Shown here one piece after another: positions 18,328 through 27,950 of a stretch of DNA of 64,000 nucleotides (positions are counted from its first letter, which is position 1; the number at the start of each line of letters is the position of its first letter). A model generated the notes under the pieces. That model saw only the letters and a program-made list of their open reading frames with translations. It was not told the origin of the DNA and ran no database searches. This DNA is from a virus (Duplodnaviria; Heunggongvirae; Uroviricota; Caudoviricetes): the IMG/VR virus record IMGVR_UViG_2506381017_000002. One strand, given 5' to 3'. The position numbers and the translations under genes were made by a program.

Positions 18328-18936
18328 TTAGAACACCTTCCCGTCGTAAGGCTTGAACATAACATCGTGGAAATCAAAATCTCTCGCTTCGCTTAATGTA
18401 ATAATTCGAGTATTGCCACAACCGACCATCAAATTAAGCGGAATATCTTTTTCATCATCAGGAATGATCAAAATATTTGGCTTGTGTAAAGCATAAAGTA
18501 CCCCTTGTTCATACGTCTGACCAACGTCTGGTTTACTTGGCATAAATAATCCAATACCCATTTCCATGCCATACATTGCGTGCATATCCATTTGGTATGT
18601 ATTCTGTTGCCATTCACGGTCTCCCATTACTTCTGGGTGTTCATTTACATCAATGTCATTGTATTGATGGCTTAATGGGTGGTGACTGTATTGCAATGAA
18701 ACCGATGGATTTTGGCCTAATGCTTCTAATCCTTTTTCCATAAAATCAATTTCTTCTGGACTGAACCACGAGCATTGAATATATGCGCGGACTGCCGAAA
18801 CGCCATTATGAACTACTACATCTTCATATTTGCGCCCTGCTAATTCAACGGAGCCGTTTTGTACTGGCAATCCTCCAGCAATAGCCTCCAAGAATAATTT
18901 ACTTATTTCTGGTTGATGTGTGTTTTCTTGTGCCAT
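18328..18936 (-). CDS. nucleoside 2-deoxyribosyltransferase
   Basis: Aligns by eye with lactobacillus NDT: ...YSHHPLSHQYNDIDVNEHPE..., GMEMGIGLFMPSKPD...YALHKPNILIIPDDEKDIPLNLM...DFDFHDVMFKPYDGKVF at the C-terminus. Confidence 0.8.
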   Translation of the reverse strand: MAQENTHQPEISKLFLEAIAGGLPVQNGSVELAGRKYEDVVVHNGVSAVRAYIQCSWFSPEEIDFMEKGLEALGQNPSVSLQYSHHPLSHQYNDIDVNEHPEVMGDREWQQNTYQMDMHAMYGMEMGIGLFMPSKPDVGQTYEQGVLYALHKPNILIIPDDEKDIPLNLMVGCGNTRIITLSEARDFDFHDVMFKPYDGKVF

Positions 18937-19046
18937 AACTCTCTATTCCTCCATATTCTTTATGTATCATTACCATTTTCTTCTTGAATTCAATAGCACC
19001 AACAGACAAAGAATCGCTGTGGTGATTACTACTAATACTTCATTAC

Positions 19047-19400
19047 TCATGACCAGGGTTCCACATATGGTCCCGATTCAACACTAAAACTGTTACCTTT
19101 CCAAATCTTCTCTAACGCATCTTTCATCTCGGCATTAACCATAATCGGGTCACAACCGAAAACCGTAAGCTTGTATCTGCGTTCATTGTCCTGTGATAAC
19201 TCTTTTTCTGCGTCACGTCTAAATCTATATTCTTGACCATCTAGTTTGATATAGATATTTTGGTCGTAATTATTCTTTGGTACTTGTTCAAAGAACTTTT
19301 TTCGCTCGCCTGCGTCAGCAAACAGATCAACATTATTATCATAAGCACTGGCTAACAATACTTTGTTACCCTTAGTATCTTTGTAATATACAGTAATCAT
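19047..19400 (-). CDS. hypothetical protein
   Basis: 117 aa. Confidence 0.45.
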   Translation of the reverse strand: MITVYYKDTKGNKVLLASAYDNNVDLFADAGERKKFFEQVPKNNYDQNIYIKLDGQEYRFRRDAEKELSQDNERRYKLTVFGCDPIMVNAEMKDALEKIWKGNSFSVESGPYVEPWS

Positions 19401-19426
19401 TTTTATCCTCCTTAAAAACTGATATG

Positions 19427-19621
19427 CTACTTAAGTCTTAATCCCGCTTTAATAGATTGCTCAATGCCGTAATTACTTAAATCTAACTTACGCACTCGTT
19501 TATGTTTACCACATTTACTACACTGATAGATTTCTGACATATTGCTACCGTCCCAGTAGGGGTAATAGATGTCGTCTAACCACTTATAATCATGTTTACA
19601 AAATAACTGTTTAAGCTGCAT
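19427..19621 (-). CDS. small zinc-finger-like protein
   Basis: C.H ... CSKCGKH. Confidence 0.4.
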   Translation of the reverse strand: MQLKQLFCKHDYKWLDDIYYPYWDGSNMSEIYQCSKCGKHKRVRKLDLSNYGIEQSIKAGLRLK

Positions 19622-19949
19622 TTTTCTTAACCTTTACAAATTTATCCTGAGTCGCTGACCCTTCATATATTGTTTCATCATACTCAAATTCATTTCTATA
19701 CATTTCAATATTCCCGACAACTTTTTCTGCTTCAGATAAGTATCGGTTGTATCTATTAAGTTGATATCTGCGAATACGAATTGTGTCATGATCAAACCAA
19801 TAACGCTCATCATTATTAGTTGCTTCCGCTTCCTTGTCAGCATAACTTAACGCTAATTCATATGAATCAGTAACACCAACTACATATTCTGCATAATCGC
19901 TATACCAACCACTAGCGTGAATTACTACATAAATGTCTTTTGTTTTCAT
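19611..19949 (-). CDS. hypothetical protein
   Basis: 112 aa. Confidence 0.45.
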   Translation of the reverse strand: MKTKDIYVVIHASGWYSDYAEYVVGVTDSYELALSYADKEAEATNNDERYWFDHDTIRIRRYQLNRYNRYLSEAEKVVGNIEMYRNEFEYDETIYEGSATQDKFVKVKKNAA

Positions 19950-19978
19950 TTATTCTCCTTATAAAACTGGCATTTTAC

Positions 19979-20167
19979 TTAAAATGGCATGAAAGACATA
20001 ATGCCATAAATGCCCAAAATAATAGGCGCTGATAGCATTACAACACTTTCAGCGTTACTCTTTGCATGATTTTCTGATCCGTTATCAACTATTCTTATAG
20101 CGAGATACATCGTCACTTCAATTACGAACGTTGCAATAATTGGAATTAATAAGTGTTCAATCATCAA
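19979..20167 (-). CDS. small membrane protein
   Basis: 62 aa, hydrophobic. Confidence 0.4.
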   Translation of the reverse strand: MMIEHLLIPIIATFVIEVTMYLAIRIVDNGSENHAKSNAESVVMLSAPIILGIYGIMSFMPF

Positions 20168-20534
20168 AATTCACCGTTCTATCCTTATCTAAGTAGACCA
20201 ATCTTGGCTTAACAGAAATATCAGTTGCTCCCTCTTCACGTTGCTTTAAGACGAAAGCCCATGCGTCTTCTTCTCTTGAAAAGACATCGGTTTCGCGTAA
20301 TGGACCATAATCATCATGGGTCGTGTACTCGGCAATGTAAACACGTTGCATGCCTTGTTCTGTACGTTTCCATTTTGGGCGATCTTCTGATGCCTCATAA
20401 GTAATTTTTACACCTACACCCTCAGCAGATTGAATTACTGTACTTACAATCCTGTCAATGGCCTTTCCGTCAAAATAATCATCTTGACTAGGTTGAATTT
20501 TAATCATAGCTGTCTTTACTTCATCACTTAACAT
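20157..20534 (-). CDS. hypothetical protein
   Basis: 125 aa. Confidence 0.45.
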   Translation of the reverse strand: MLSDEVKTAMIKIQPSQDDYFDGKAIDRIVSTVIQSAEGVGVKITYEASEDRPKWKRTEQGMQRVYIAEYTTHDDYGPLRETDVFSREEDAWAFVLKQREEGATDISVKPRLVYLDKDRTVNFDD

Positions 20535-20536
20535 AT

Positions 20537-21061
20537 TTAACCCTCCGCAATCTTTTGCTTAGCCTCAGAAATAACCTGCATACTTCCGTCCAGTGTTTTC
20601 CTAATTTCACTGAATTCTTTCAATAACTGTTCCCAAGCAACATCAGCAAAACGGTGATTAACATGAGGACTCTTCATTCGTTCACAATAATCCATCATCG
20701 CTTGAATATTGTCGTAGATTTTACCGGCAGTTCGAACTTTCTTCTGCTTTACTAACAAATCTAATGCTTCATTAATAGCTGATTTAACTTCTGGATTGGT
20801 ATTCACCTTGAAACCATTATCGTCATGCTCATTCTCTGAATAAACAGTAATAACTTGCTTTTGGCGTGTATCAATGACAAACACAATATCGTGTAGTCGA
20901 TACTTTTCACGATTATTATTCTGTTTCTCAACGAATTCACCTTGAGATAATAAACGACTCATCCAGCCATCAAATTCAGTTTTAGTGATATTGAATCTTG
21001 TTAAGATTCGTTCTTTGGCATGTTCTGTTACTTTATAAAGCGGAAAGTTCTTAACTCCCAT
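20537..21061 (-). CDS. hypothetical protein
   Basis: 174 aa. Confidence 0.45.
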   Translation of the reverse strand: MGVKNFPLYKVTEHAKERILTRFNITKTEFDGWMSRLLSQGEFVEKQNNNREKYRLHDIVFVIDTRQKQVITVYSENEHDDNGFKVNTNPEVKSAINEALDLLVKQKKVRTAGKIYDNIQAMMDYCERMKSPHVNHRFADVAWEQLLKEFSEIRKTLDGSMQVISEAKQKIAEG

Positions 21062-21077
21062 CTAAAATCCTCCATTA

Positions 21078-21311
21078 TTACATTTTCATTATGTTAGACA
21101 ACATCATTGGCGTTGTTGTAATACTGTTTAAGTCATCAAGTTTACAAGTGAAAGACCCATCTTTTCCAAAGTCAATCGTGCATACTCCCTTAATTGGTTC
21201 GGTAATATTCTCAACTTTACCCGGAAATGACATAAGTGCTTGATGTTTCAGGTTGATTGTCGTTAGCCATGAAAAATCACCTGATACTGGTCTTCCTCGA
21301 AATGCTTTCAT
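21078..21311 (-). CDS. hypothetical protein
   Basis: 77 aa. Confidence 0.4.
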   Translation of the reverse strand: MKAFRGRPVSGDFSWLTTINLKHQALMSFPGKVENITEPIKGVCTIDFGKDGSFTCKLDDLNSITTTPMMLSNIMKM

Positions 21312-21323
21312 TTAAGGCGCTCC

Positions 21324-21539
21324 TTAATTAATAATCGTTTCTTCGGCATAATCATTTGGGTCAATTGGACTACTAGCCGCAAAGTCACTTGTTTTATAAC
21401 GCTCAAAACCAGCCATATCATTACAGCTATTTACTACTAGGCGTACTGCATTTTCTGGCGCTCTAGCAATTACCACGCTACTTTCAATTCCTTTAAACGC
21501 AATATTATCTTTAAGTGCTACCACTTCGTAAATGTGCAT
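21324..21539 (-). CDS. hypothetical protein, paralog of the plus-strand gene at 3626-3829
   Basis: MHIYEVV...ENAVRLV...SSPIDPNDYAEETIIN versus MNIYEVM...ENAKRLV...SGPIDPDNYFEETVIA. Confidence 0.5.
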   Translation of the reverse strand: MHIYEVVALKDNIAFKGIESSVVIARAPENAVRLVVNSCNDMAGFERYKTSDFAASSPIDPNDYAEETIIN

Positions 21540-21880
21540 TAATCTTCCTCCCTTACTGGTTCAATAATTGCTTTATCCCAGTCGATTGCTAAATCTTTTC
21601 GTTCTTTTAACTTATCAATTTCTTCTTGAGTGAAATGAGTTTGAAAATCACTATCTTTATCAATGTTGTTAAGAACAATATCTTCACCCTGAAAAACATT
21701 TAAATATCCACGTTCGCCAGGAAAGACTTGTACAGTATATTTTTGATTACTCAAAATTTGTCCACGAACTTTATAGAGCCAACTTAATGCGTCCTCGACA
21801 AGGATAGCCGGAGTCCCCTCATGTACATCCATGACAGCCTCTAATTGATTAATTTGGTCGTCAATTAATTTCATGTACAT
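21539..21880 (-). CDS. hypothetical protein, module gene B (paralog of 22943-23359)
   Basis: Shares YTVQV.P...QTHFTQ.EID..K......I.WD...IEPV with the gene at 22943-23359. Confidence 0.5.
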   Translation of the reverse strand: MYMKLIDDQINQLEAVMDVHEGTPAILVEDALSWLYKVRGQILSNQKYTVQVFPGERGYLNVFQGEDIVLNNIDKDSDFQTHFTQEEIDKLKERKDLAIDWDKAIIEPVREED

Positions 21881-22560
21881 TACTCTTCCACCTCAATTGG
21901 CTTGATAGCTTTAACCCAGTCGGGTCCATCAAGGATGTCTCTGCCTTGAACGGTAAATGTATCATTATGGTAGAGACAAGTTGAATGAAACGCCTCTTCA
22001 GCAGTACGTCCGTCTCCGATAAAGATCCATTTATCGAGGTCTTTTTTAGCAAATCTATCTGAACCTTCCATCGGTAAAATATACTTTTTATCTGGATCGA
22101 TCTTGGAAGATTCTAACTTGTTACCCTCGCCTCTTAGACAGATTTTAAGTCTTAACCCATAATCATCTTCAGGATCATAAATATCTACTCTATAACCATA
22201 TTTACGCAATGCTTCCGCTAAACTTTTGATATGGTATACGCGAACCATTTCATAACGAGGAAAATCGAAAGCAGTATAGCCATTATTTTCCTTAGTATAT
22301 TCGAACAATATCAAACTATCTTGTTCGTCATTAAGGGCTTTATCGATTGCAACAAACGCGTTGTTTAGCTCTTTAGGCAGTGCTTCTTCTTCAATTTGTT
22401 GTAATCGCCCCGCCGCTTCTTCGGCAGTAATTATATTCTTCTGATATTTGTCTTTTAACTCAAATTCTTTTAACTGATTTCTTATATCATCATAATCTGC
22501 CTCTAACCTATGAATAATAGGCCAAAGAGACTTAACTTCATTGTTTGTAAATAACCCCAT
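21880..22560 (-). CDS. hypothetical protein, module gene A (paralog of 23359-23877)
   Basis: Shares KKYILPMEGS ... PDWVKAIKPIEVEE with the gene at 23359-23877 (KKYILPMEGS ... PEWVKALEPVEVEE). Confidence 0.5.
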   Translation of the reverse strand: MGLFTNNEVKSLWPIIHRLEADYDDIRNQLKEFELKDKYQKNIITAEEAAGRLQQIEEEALPKELNNAFVAIDKALNDEQDSLILFEYTKENNGYTAFDFPRYEMVRVYHIKSLAEALRKYGYRVDIYDPEDDYGLRLKICLRGEGNKLESSKIDPDKKYILPMEGSDRFAKKDLDKWIFIGDGRTAEEAFHSTCLYHNDTFTVQGRDILDGPDWVKAIKPIEVEE

Positions 22561-22668
22561 TACGCAACCCCCTCTACTTCTCTACTCCAACAATACGGAC
22601 AGACATTTAACTCATCAGTGTCCTCTACAAAGAATCGTTCGCCACAATCAAGACATATACGAATCATT
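22561..22668 (-). CDS. tiny zinc-ribbon peptide (35 aa, tentative)
   Basis: MIRICLDCGERFFVEDTDELNVCPYCWSREVEGVA; C..C ... C..C. Confidence 0.25.
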
Positions 22669-22858
22669 TAAATCTCCTAACTATAATAAAGTTACAAATA
22701 ATTCCGACAAACATAGCAATCAAATAAATCCAAACAGTTATTTTTGACACTAATGCAAAGTTATTTATAGTAGCTGCTATCCATGATGCAATAATTAGCC
22801 CTGCAACCATAACACTTACTCCATAGCAAAAGCCGGAGAGAAAACTTAACTTATTCAA
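22664..22858 (-). CDS. small membrane protein
   Basis: 64 aa with two TM helices. Confidence 0.4.
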   Translation of the reverse strand: MNKLSFLSGFCYGVSVMVAGLIIASWIAATINNFALVSKITVWIYLIAMFVGIICNFIIVRRFK

Positions 22859-22942
22859 ACTTACTCCTCCACACGAATTGACTTCTTCTTGTTTTCTTTT
22901 CGCAGAATATACTTTTCAAAGAGCCACTTTAGACATTGATTG

Positions 22943-23359
22943 TTACTTGCTCTCTACTGGTTCAATCTTAACTTCGTCCCAATTAATAGTGGCAAAGAAT
23001 GGGTTGGTTTTCATTTCATCAATTTCTGATTGGGTGAAGTGCGTTTGATACTTCCCATCTCCCTCGTTATCATAAAGAAAATAGACGCCATCTCCTATAT
23101 CTTTATTCAAGAATCCATCATCATTTGGCAAAACTTGAACAGTATATTCACTATCGCCTTCTGCTAATTTAATGCGTTTATGCAGACTATCTCTATACAT
23201 TGCCATACCAACCATTTGATTAGCTAACAACATTTGATTAATGGTTGAAATACTTAGAAAATCATCGCAATCAATGAATTTTTGTAGCTTCTCAATTTTT
23301 GTTTCTAACTCAAATAATTCAAGATTTAAATTTTCAGTATCAATTATTTTATTTATCAT
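22943..23359 (-). CDS. hypothetical protein, module gene B'
   Basis: Paralog of the gene at 21539-21880. Confidence 0.5.
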   Translation of the reverse strand: MINKIIDTENLNLELFELETKIEKLQKFIDCDDFLSISTINQMLLANQMVGMAMYRDSLHKRIKLAEGDSEYTVQVLPNDDGFLNKDIGDGVYFLYDNEGDGKYQTHFTQSEIDEMKTNPFFATINWDEVKIEPVESK

Positions 23360-23877
23360 TATTCTTCTACCTCCACAGGTTCAAGCGCCTTTACCCATTC
23401 AGGTGCTTCTTCAATGTCTTTAGCGGTAACCAAATAGTTTGGAGTATATAGGGCTATATCATCTTTTTCTGGAAAAAAGCTCCCACAATCCCAAACTCCT
23501 AATTTATTTTTAAATGCACATCTTTGGACTTTCTCACCAAATGTATTGGTAATTGTTGAACCTTCCATAGGTAAAATGTATTTTTTATTAGGGTCAAGAT
23601 CTACATCAGACCAGTCAGCAGTTAAGTGATAGCAAGTCTTTTCTTTTTCAAGAGTTAAGCTGTAGTCTTGGGCAAGCAGCTCACGATATACCCGATTTAC
23701 TAAGCTCATTGAGTCATAAAAGAAGTGGGCATTTGTATAGCCATCTTTAATATTGCCCTGAATATCTGAGTAAACGTCCCTTAAAGTATTGAGATATTCT
23801 TCAGTACCAACAGATTGTTTATATGCTTCGCGAGCAGTAATCTTAATTGGCTTCACATCTTTTTCGTACGTAAGCAT
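23359..23877 (-). CDS. hypothetical protein, module gene A'
   Basis: Paralog of the gene at 21880-22560. Confidence 0.5.
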   Translation of the reverse strand: MLTYEKDVKPIKITAREAYKQSVGTEEYLNTLRDVYSDIQGNIKDGYTNAHFFYDSMSLVNRVYRELLAQDYSLTLEKEKTCYHLTADWSDVDLDPNKKYILPMEGSTITNTFGEKVQRCAFKNKLGVWDCGSFFPEKDDIALYTPNYLVTAKDIEEAPEWVKALEPVEVEE

Positions 23878-24311
23878 TAATTAGGCTCCTTAATTTCTTC
23901 AATTAGATTTGCGATTGCTGGGAATTGTTTCTTAGCTGCGTCTAATTCTTCTTGAGTGTACGCGTTTGGATTGTTTCCATAACCCACACCTAAGCCGTTA
24001 GGATTGATGCCTAGGTAATTAGCATCGCCATCCCGATCTACTCCGAGAGGAAGAATATATTTTTGCTGATTTTCTCGTTCATTTAAGTATTTACGAATGA
24101 TTTCAAGTGCCTCAATCGCACCATCATTAAGATGTTGAGCTAAAATAGTACCGTCAATATACCCGTCTCCATAGAGATCATTTGATCTTAAGTTAAATCG
24201 TACAAAATAATCACCATCACTCTTTTGACGGATATATAAATAATCGCCCTCAGCCTCTGCATAAAATTCATCTAGTTCGTTAATCTTCTTAGTTAACTTT
24301 GAAAGCTTCAT
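23877..24311 (-). CDS. hypothetical protein (distant member of the KYILP family)
   Basis: Contains QQKYILPLGVDRDG. Confidence 0.45.
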   Translation of the reverse strand: MKLSKLTKKINELDEFYAEAEGDYLYIRQKSDGDYFVRFNLRSNDLYGDGYIDGTILAQHLNDGAIEALEIIRKYLNERENQQKYILPLGVDRDGDANYLGINPNGLGVGYGNNPNAYTQEELDAAKKQFPAIANLIEEIKEPN

Positions 24312-24383
24312 TGATTTTTCCTCCTATGGATTATTATGTATAAGGGGAAGAACCCCTTGTTGTGTGTATATGTTTATTGCCTG

Positions 24384-25121
24384 CTAAGCTGCGACTGGAG
24401 CTGGATCGTTAAACTTTTCAGCGCGTTCAGCCTTAATTTGTTCAAATTCTGATTGAGTCAACTTACCAAGTTCGACTAAGCGTTGTTCAATCAGATCCAG
24501 TACAGCATTACGATCACTGTCGCTGTTTACAAAGTCATACTTTCTCATGTCAATTCTTAAAACAGAAGACTGAGAGTATCCTTGGTACCAATGGCTGTAC
24601 GTCTCCCAAACCGATCTGTAATAATCAACTAATTTAGGATCTTCTGTTTCCATTTCTCGGCCACGCAGTTTAATATGATCTAACATAACTTCAAATGGCG
24701 CATCTAGATAAATAATTAGGTCTGGAATTCCATTAAATGGATGGGCAGCCACATCAGAAATCATATTTTGGTTAAGTTCAATATAGAGATCAAACATTGT
24801 TTGAGGAAATTCTCCACGTTTATAAAGATTAAAGGCCATTAGAGAATCGCTAAGCAAAGAACTGTCATAAACTGTGTTTACCATATTTTCATGTTCAGCA
24901 AGATATAACCCCTCTTTCAGTTGCTTAAACCGATAATTTAAAAACGCTATTTGTAAAGCAAAACTTAAATCGTTTCTACTCTTATTCCCATCAGCATAAA
25001 ACTCCTTTAGCATTGGGATATTTTCAACGTCTTCATAAAATCCTTTTGTCCCCAAATCCTTGGTTAAAATGCGGGTTAAACTTGTCTTCCCAATTCCGAT
25101 TGGTGCGTTAATAAAAATCAT
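24384..25121 (-). CDS. deoxynucleoside kinase (dNK/dAK-dGK family)
   Basis: P-loop APIGIGKTSL, an ERS-like DSSLLSD block, and the lid KLRGREMETE. Confidence 0.8.
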   Translation of the reverse strand: MIFINAPIGIGKTSLTRILTKDLGTKGFYEDVENIPMLKEFYADGNKSRNDLSFALQIAFLNYRFKQLKEGLYLAEHENMVNTVYDSSLLSDSLMAFNLYKRGEFPQTMFDLYIELNQNMISDVAAHPFNGIPDLIIYLDAPFEVMLDHIKLRGREMETEDPKLVDYYRSVWETYSHWYQGYSQSSVLRIDMRKYDFVNSDSDRNAVLDLIEQRLVELGKLTQSEFEQIKAERAEKFNDPAPVAA

Positions 25122-25831
25122 GCTGCCGTTAATTCCTTTCTTTTATGTGACATATTTTCATTAATAGGAGCAATTAACTCTTCGTTCCTTTTACCATGTT
25201 TATATCGGGCGTAGAGAGTTAGTCTGTCTATTCCAGTTTCCCTTGCCAACTCGCCATATGTGTAATACTTTCCGCAAACTTTAATATAGACATTATTGCG
25301 TTTATTATTAGCTTGAACATATCTGTCAACCCATCTACAATTTTGGGGTTCATAATTGCCGTTAACGTCTATTCGATCAATAGATTGTTCGATACCTGTT
25401 TTATTAATATCAAATCCATTTTCTAGTGCCCATTTCTTAAAGTTCTTATAGTCGTTCCATTCAGTACATACGCTAATTCCTCGCCCACCATATTTTGGAT
25501 AGGCTTTGTCATTGGAGTTCATACACCGCTGTCGCATATGAGCCCAAGTATGATAAAGACGGTGATATTTACTATCTTTTTGGCTATCTGCTGTCTTATA
25601 TTTTTTATGAAAATTATTACCTTGTACGAGCTCTGCATTATAGCAACCACACGATAATGTCGATCGACTTTTATTCACACCTAGTCCATCGGTTCGAAAC
25701 ACCTTTTCAGTACCGCAATCACAGCGACATAGCCAACCGCCCCTTGTGTAACGACCATTAGGAATTCTTCTCTTCTCAATCAACGTCAGCCTTCCAACTC
25801 TTTTACCTGGATAGCATTCAGCCTCTTTCAC
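25118..25831 (-). CDS. Cys-rich phage protein, HNH/homing-endonuclease-like family (paralog of the plus-strand gene at 7960-8787)
   Basis: GTG start with an AGGAGGG RBS. Shares CYPGKRVGRLTLIEK ... CRCDCG ... YHTWAHMRQRC ... YGGRGISVCTEW..F..W with the plus-strand gene at 7960-8787. Confidence 0.5.
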   Translation of the reverse strand: MKEAECYPGKRVGRLTLIEKRRIPNGRYTRGGWLCRCDCGTEKVFRTDGLGVNKSRSTLSCGCYNAELVQGNNFHKKYKTADSQKDSKYHRLYHTWAHMRQRCMNSNDKAYPKYGGRGISVCTEWNDYKNFKKWALENGFDINKTGIEQSIDRIDVNGNYEPQNCRWVDRYVQANNKRNNVYIKVCGKYYTYGELARETGIDRLTLYARYKHGKRNEELIAPINENMSHKRKELTAA

Positions 25832-25957
25832 TCAATCCCTCCTCTTAAATTTTTGTATACAAAAAGCGTCACCAGATTCTAATCAATCTCGCAAAGTGAC
25901 GCTTATTTATATGTCTCGTTATAAATACGTAATAAAGAATTTCGCTAATTATAGCTA

Positions 25958-26024
25958 TGGGACGGGTGGGATTCGAACCCACGACATTGTGCACTTGTTC
26001 TACCAAACTGAACTACCGACCCTG
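25958..26024 (-). pseudogene. tRNA-like element (truncated anticodon arm; probable tRNA pseudogene)
   Basis: Acceptor GGGTCGG/CCGTCCC with one mismatch; D arm GTTC-AGTTTGGTA-GAAC; T arm GTGGG-TTCGAAT-CCCAC. Only ~65 nt, with about 8 nt missing between the D and T arms. Confidence 0.4.
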
Positions 26025-26295
26025 CTTGCTTTAGTACATTCAGAAAGCATTCCAAAGATCTTATTTTAAGCTCACAAATTTATTACACGGATAGGAGCTA
26101 GGTTCTACGTTTACCTGAATCGCCGTGGTTTCTATAAGAAATTTCTAACAACGAGGGAGCTACCCTCCGGCTACATATTAACGGTGGTGTAACCTTAGAT
26201 GCCACGTTTCCATTTCAATTAAGAAGGTTGATAAAAACCTTTCATCACTGCGCTATAGCGCGTCTGCCAATTCCGCCACTCCGGCGATTCAGAAT

Positions 26296-26440
26296 TTGAT
26301 CCTATACGCCAGAGGTAGGACTCGAACCTACAAAATCTATAGCATTTTGTGACTATGGAGTAGACGGGAGTCGAACCCGTGTCCAACCAAACCAGTTTCC
26401 AAATACATTTTAGACTTATTAGGATTATGTACTTAATTCT
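26296..26440 (-). other. two abutting tRNA-like elements of non-canonical structure
   Basis: T-arm-like CACGGG-TTCGACT-CCCGT plus CTACTCCA at ~26356-26400, directly followed by hairpin ACAAAAT-GCTATAG-ATTTTGT plus T arm GTAGG-TTCGAGT-CCTAC plus CTCTGGCG at 26307-26355. No matching 5' acceptor strands were found. Confidence 0.3.
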
Positions 26441-26791
26441 TAAATCAAAATAGTCACATAATCATTTTCCAAAGACTATTTTAATCGATCTAGTTTTAAT
26501 ACTTAGTCACACTTAAACTAGCAAATCATGAACTAAGACCAGAGGGGTGAAATGTGATAGCTAGTATCCTTATCTGGTATCAAGATATTAACCAAGTGCC
26601 TATAAGCTAGGCAGCTAAAGCTGTAACTCTATGGTTATTTGCTTTTATATTTAAATGAAAGTATTTCGGCGTTATCTTCCGTAAGTCGTATTTAGGGCTT
26701 TATTTGACTGTCGAATCCATAAACTACCCCAGAATAGAGCTTTAAATCATAGCTCCAAATAATAATTCAAATAGACTTCTTGATGAAGTCT

Positions 26792-26865
26792 ATAACATAG
26801 AAGGGATTTGAACCCTTGCTCTTACCCGCTAAGATAAAGCTCTACCAAGCTGAGACTTACTATGT
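26792..26865 (-). tRNA. tRNA-like gene (74 nt; perfect acceptor and T arm, internal arms not resolved)
   Basis: Acceptor AACATAG/CTATGTT 7/7, T arm AAGGG-TTCAAAT-CCCTT, D-loop-like CAGCTTGGTAGAGC. I could not fold the anticodon arm by eye. Confidence 0.45.
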
Positions 26866-27209
26866 TACTTATATATCAAAATATTTCTTGTGGTGGAACC
26901 CCTAACAGCTTTTGCCTTATTCCACATTTATTCCTACTAGCTTCATAGGATGGGCATAGTCCTTATCCCTGCTAAGGGGGCGCTGTCGTTACTCGCTGAA
27001 TATTTTAATATGTTCTTGTTAAGGGAGACTCATTTCAAGACCTCAACATCGGTCGGTTGAATGACTACTTACGCGCTAAGGATGTATACTATCCTTTCAT
27101 CATCTTCCCACCTGGTAGCTAACCCCACTCACGGATTCCGCACATGACTACGCTCCGTCAGCGAATATTGTACCTGTCTTTTATAAAATCCTGATTTTAA
27201 AAACCAGAA

Positions 27210-27282
27210 TGGACCTTGCAGGACTCGAACCTACGACCGAGCGGTTATGAGCCGCCTGCTCTACCAACTGAGCTAAAGGTCC
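27210..27282 (-). tRNA. tRNA-Met (anticodon CAT; could be Ile2 if lysidinylated)
   Basis: GGACCTT-TA-GCTC-AGTTGGTA-GAGC-A-GGCGG-CTCATAA-CCGCT-CGGTC-GTAGG-TTCGAGT-CCTGC-AAGGTCC-A gives a full canonical cloverleaf; no encoded CCA. Confidence 0.9.
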
Positions 27283-27428
27283 AAAATTTAGAGAACACGA
27301 TTAATCACTTCATGTTCTCAAAGTAACAAGGATAGTTGATTAGTCCTATCGCCGAGACGCCCATTCAAGTGCGTTGCTCTCCTTTACATACCAACCACTA
27401 CATTCAAAGCGTTGACGCTTGCTACTCT

Positions 27429-27515
27429 AACTACGAAGACAGGATTCGAACCTGCAACCTAGGATCAAGTTTTATCGGTGTACACCCCTATGCTCTAGCC
27501 AATTGAGCTACTTCG
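27429..27515 (-). tRNA. tRNA-like gene (~87 nt, long-variable-arm type; anticodon unresolved)
   Basis: Acceptor TACGAAG/CTTCGTA 7/7, D arm GCTC-AATTGGCTA-GAGC, T arm GCAGG-TTCGAAT-CCTGT; 36 nt between the D and T arms that I could not fold unambiguously. Confidence 0.4.
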
Positions 27516-27888
27516 TAAGAATAATGTCCACCCAGAAACGTTAGATGGTGAACTGATAAGTTAAGAGCTTGTTGACTGTGCTAAGTATCAGTCTGATTAC
27601 TCTTAGAGCTTATATCTTTTTGATGGACATTGACTTAGCAATTCTGTCCACGAATGATTAATTAGTAGGTTTACCACCAACCTACCTTGTAGAAACGCCG
27701 TTAAGCTTTCGTGGTCATGGTCACTCATTCTACTTTCACGGGGTTTGCCATGACACAAGCCGCTTGGTTTTTCTTAATAGCCTGACTAGGGCTACCAAAA
27801 TACAACAACTACCAATGGGCAGTGAAACGCCATGATTTAGGCGTATATCCAAATTCACTTGGTGTTCTCCTTGCATACCAAGGAGAAT

Positions 27889-27950
27889 AGCTTGGGAGGG
27901 AATTGAACCCTAAACGTACGCTGGCACCCTGCCATTATCACCAAGCCCCA
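27889..27950 (-). pseudogene. truncated tRNA-like element (~60 nt)
   Basis: Acceptor GGCTTGG/CCAAGCT and T arm TAGGG-TTCAATT-CCCTC, but only 26 nt between; no D or anticodon arms. Confidence 0.3.

Noticed and set aside
21861-25761. Track ORFs 21861-22052, 22541-22747, 23241-23423 and 25495-25761
   Set aside because: Overlapping or antisense ORFs within confident minus-strand genes.
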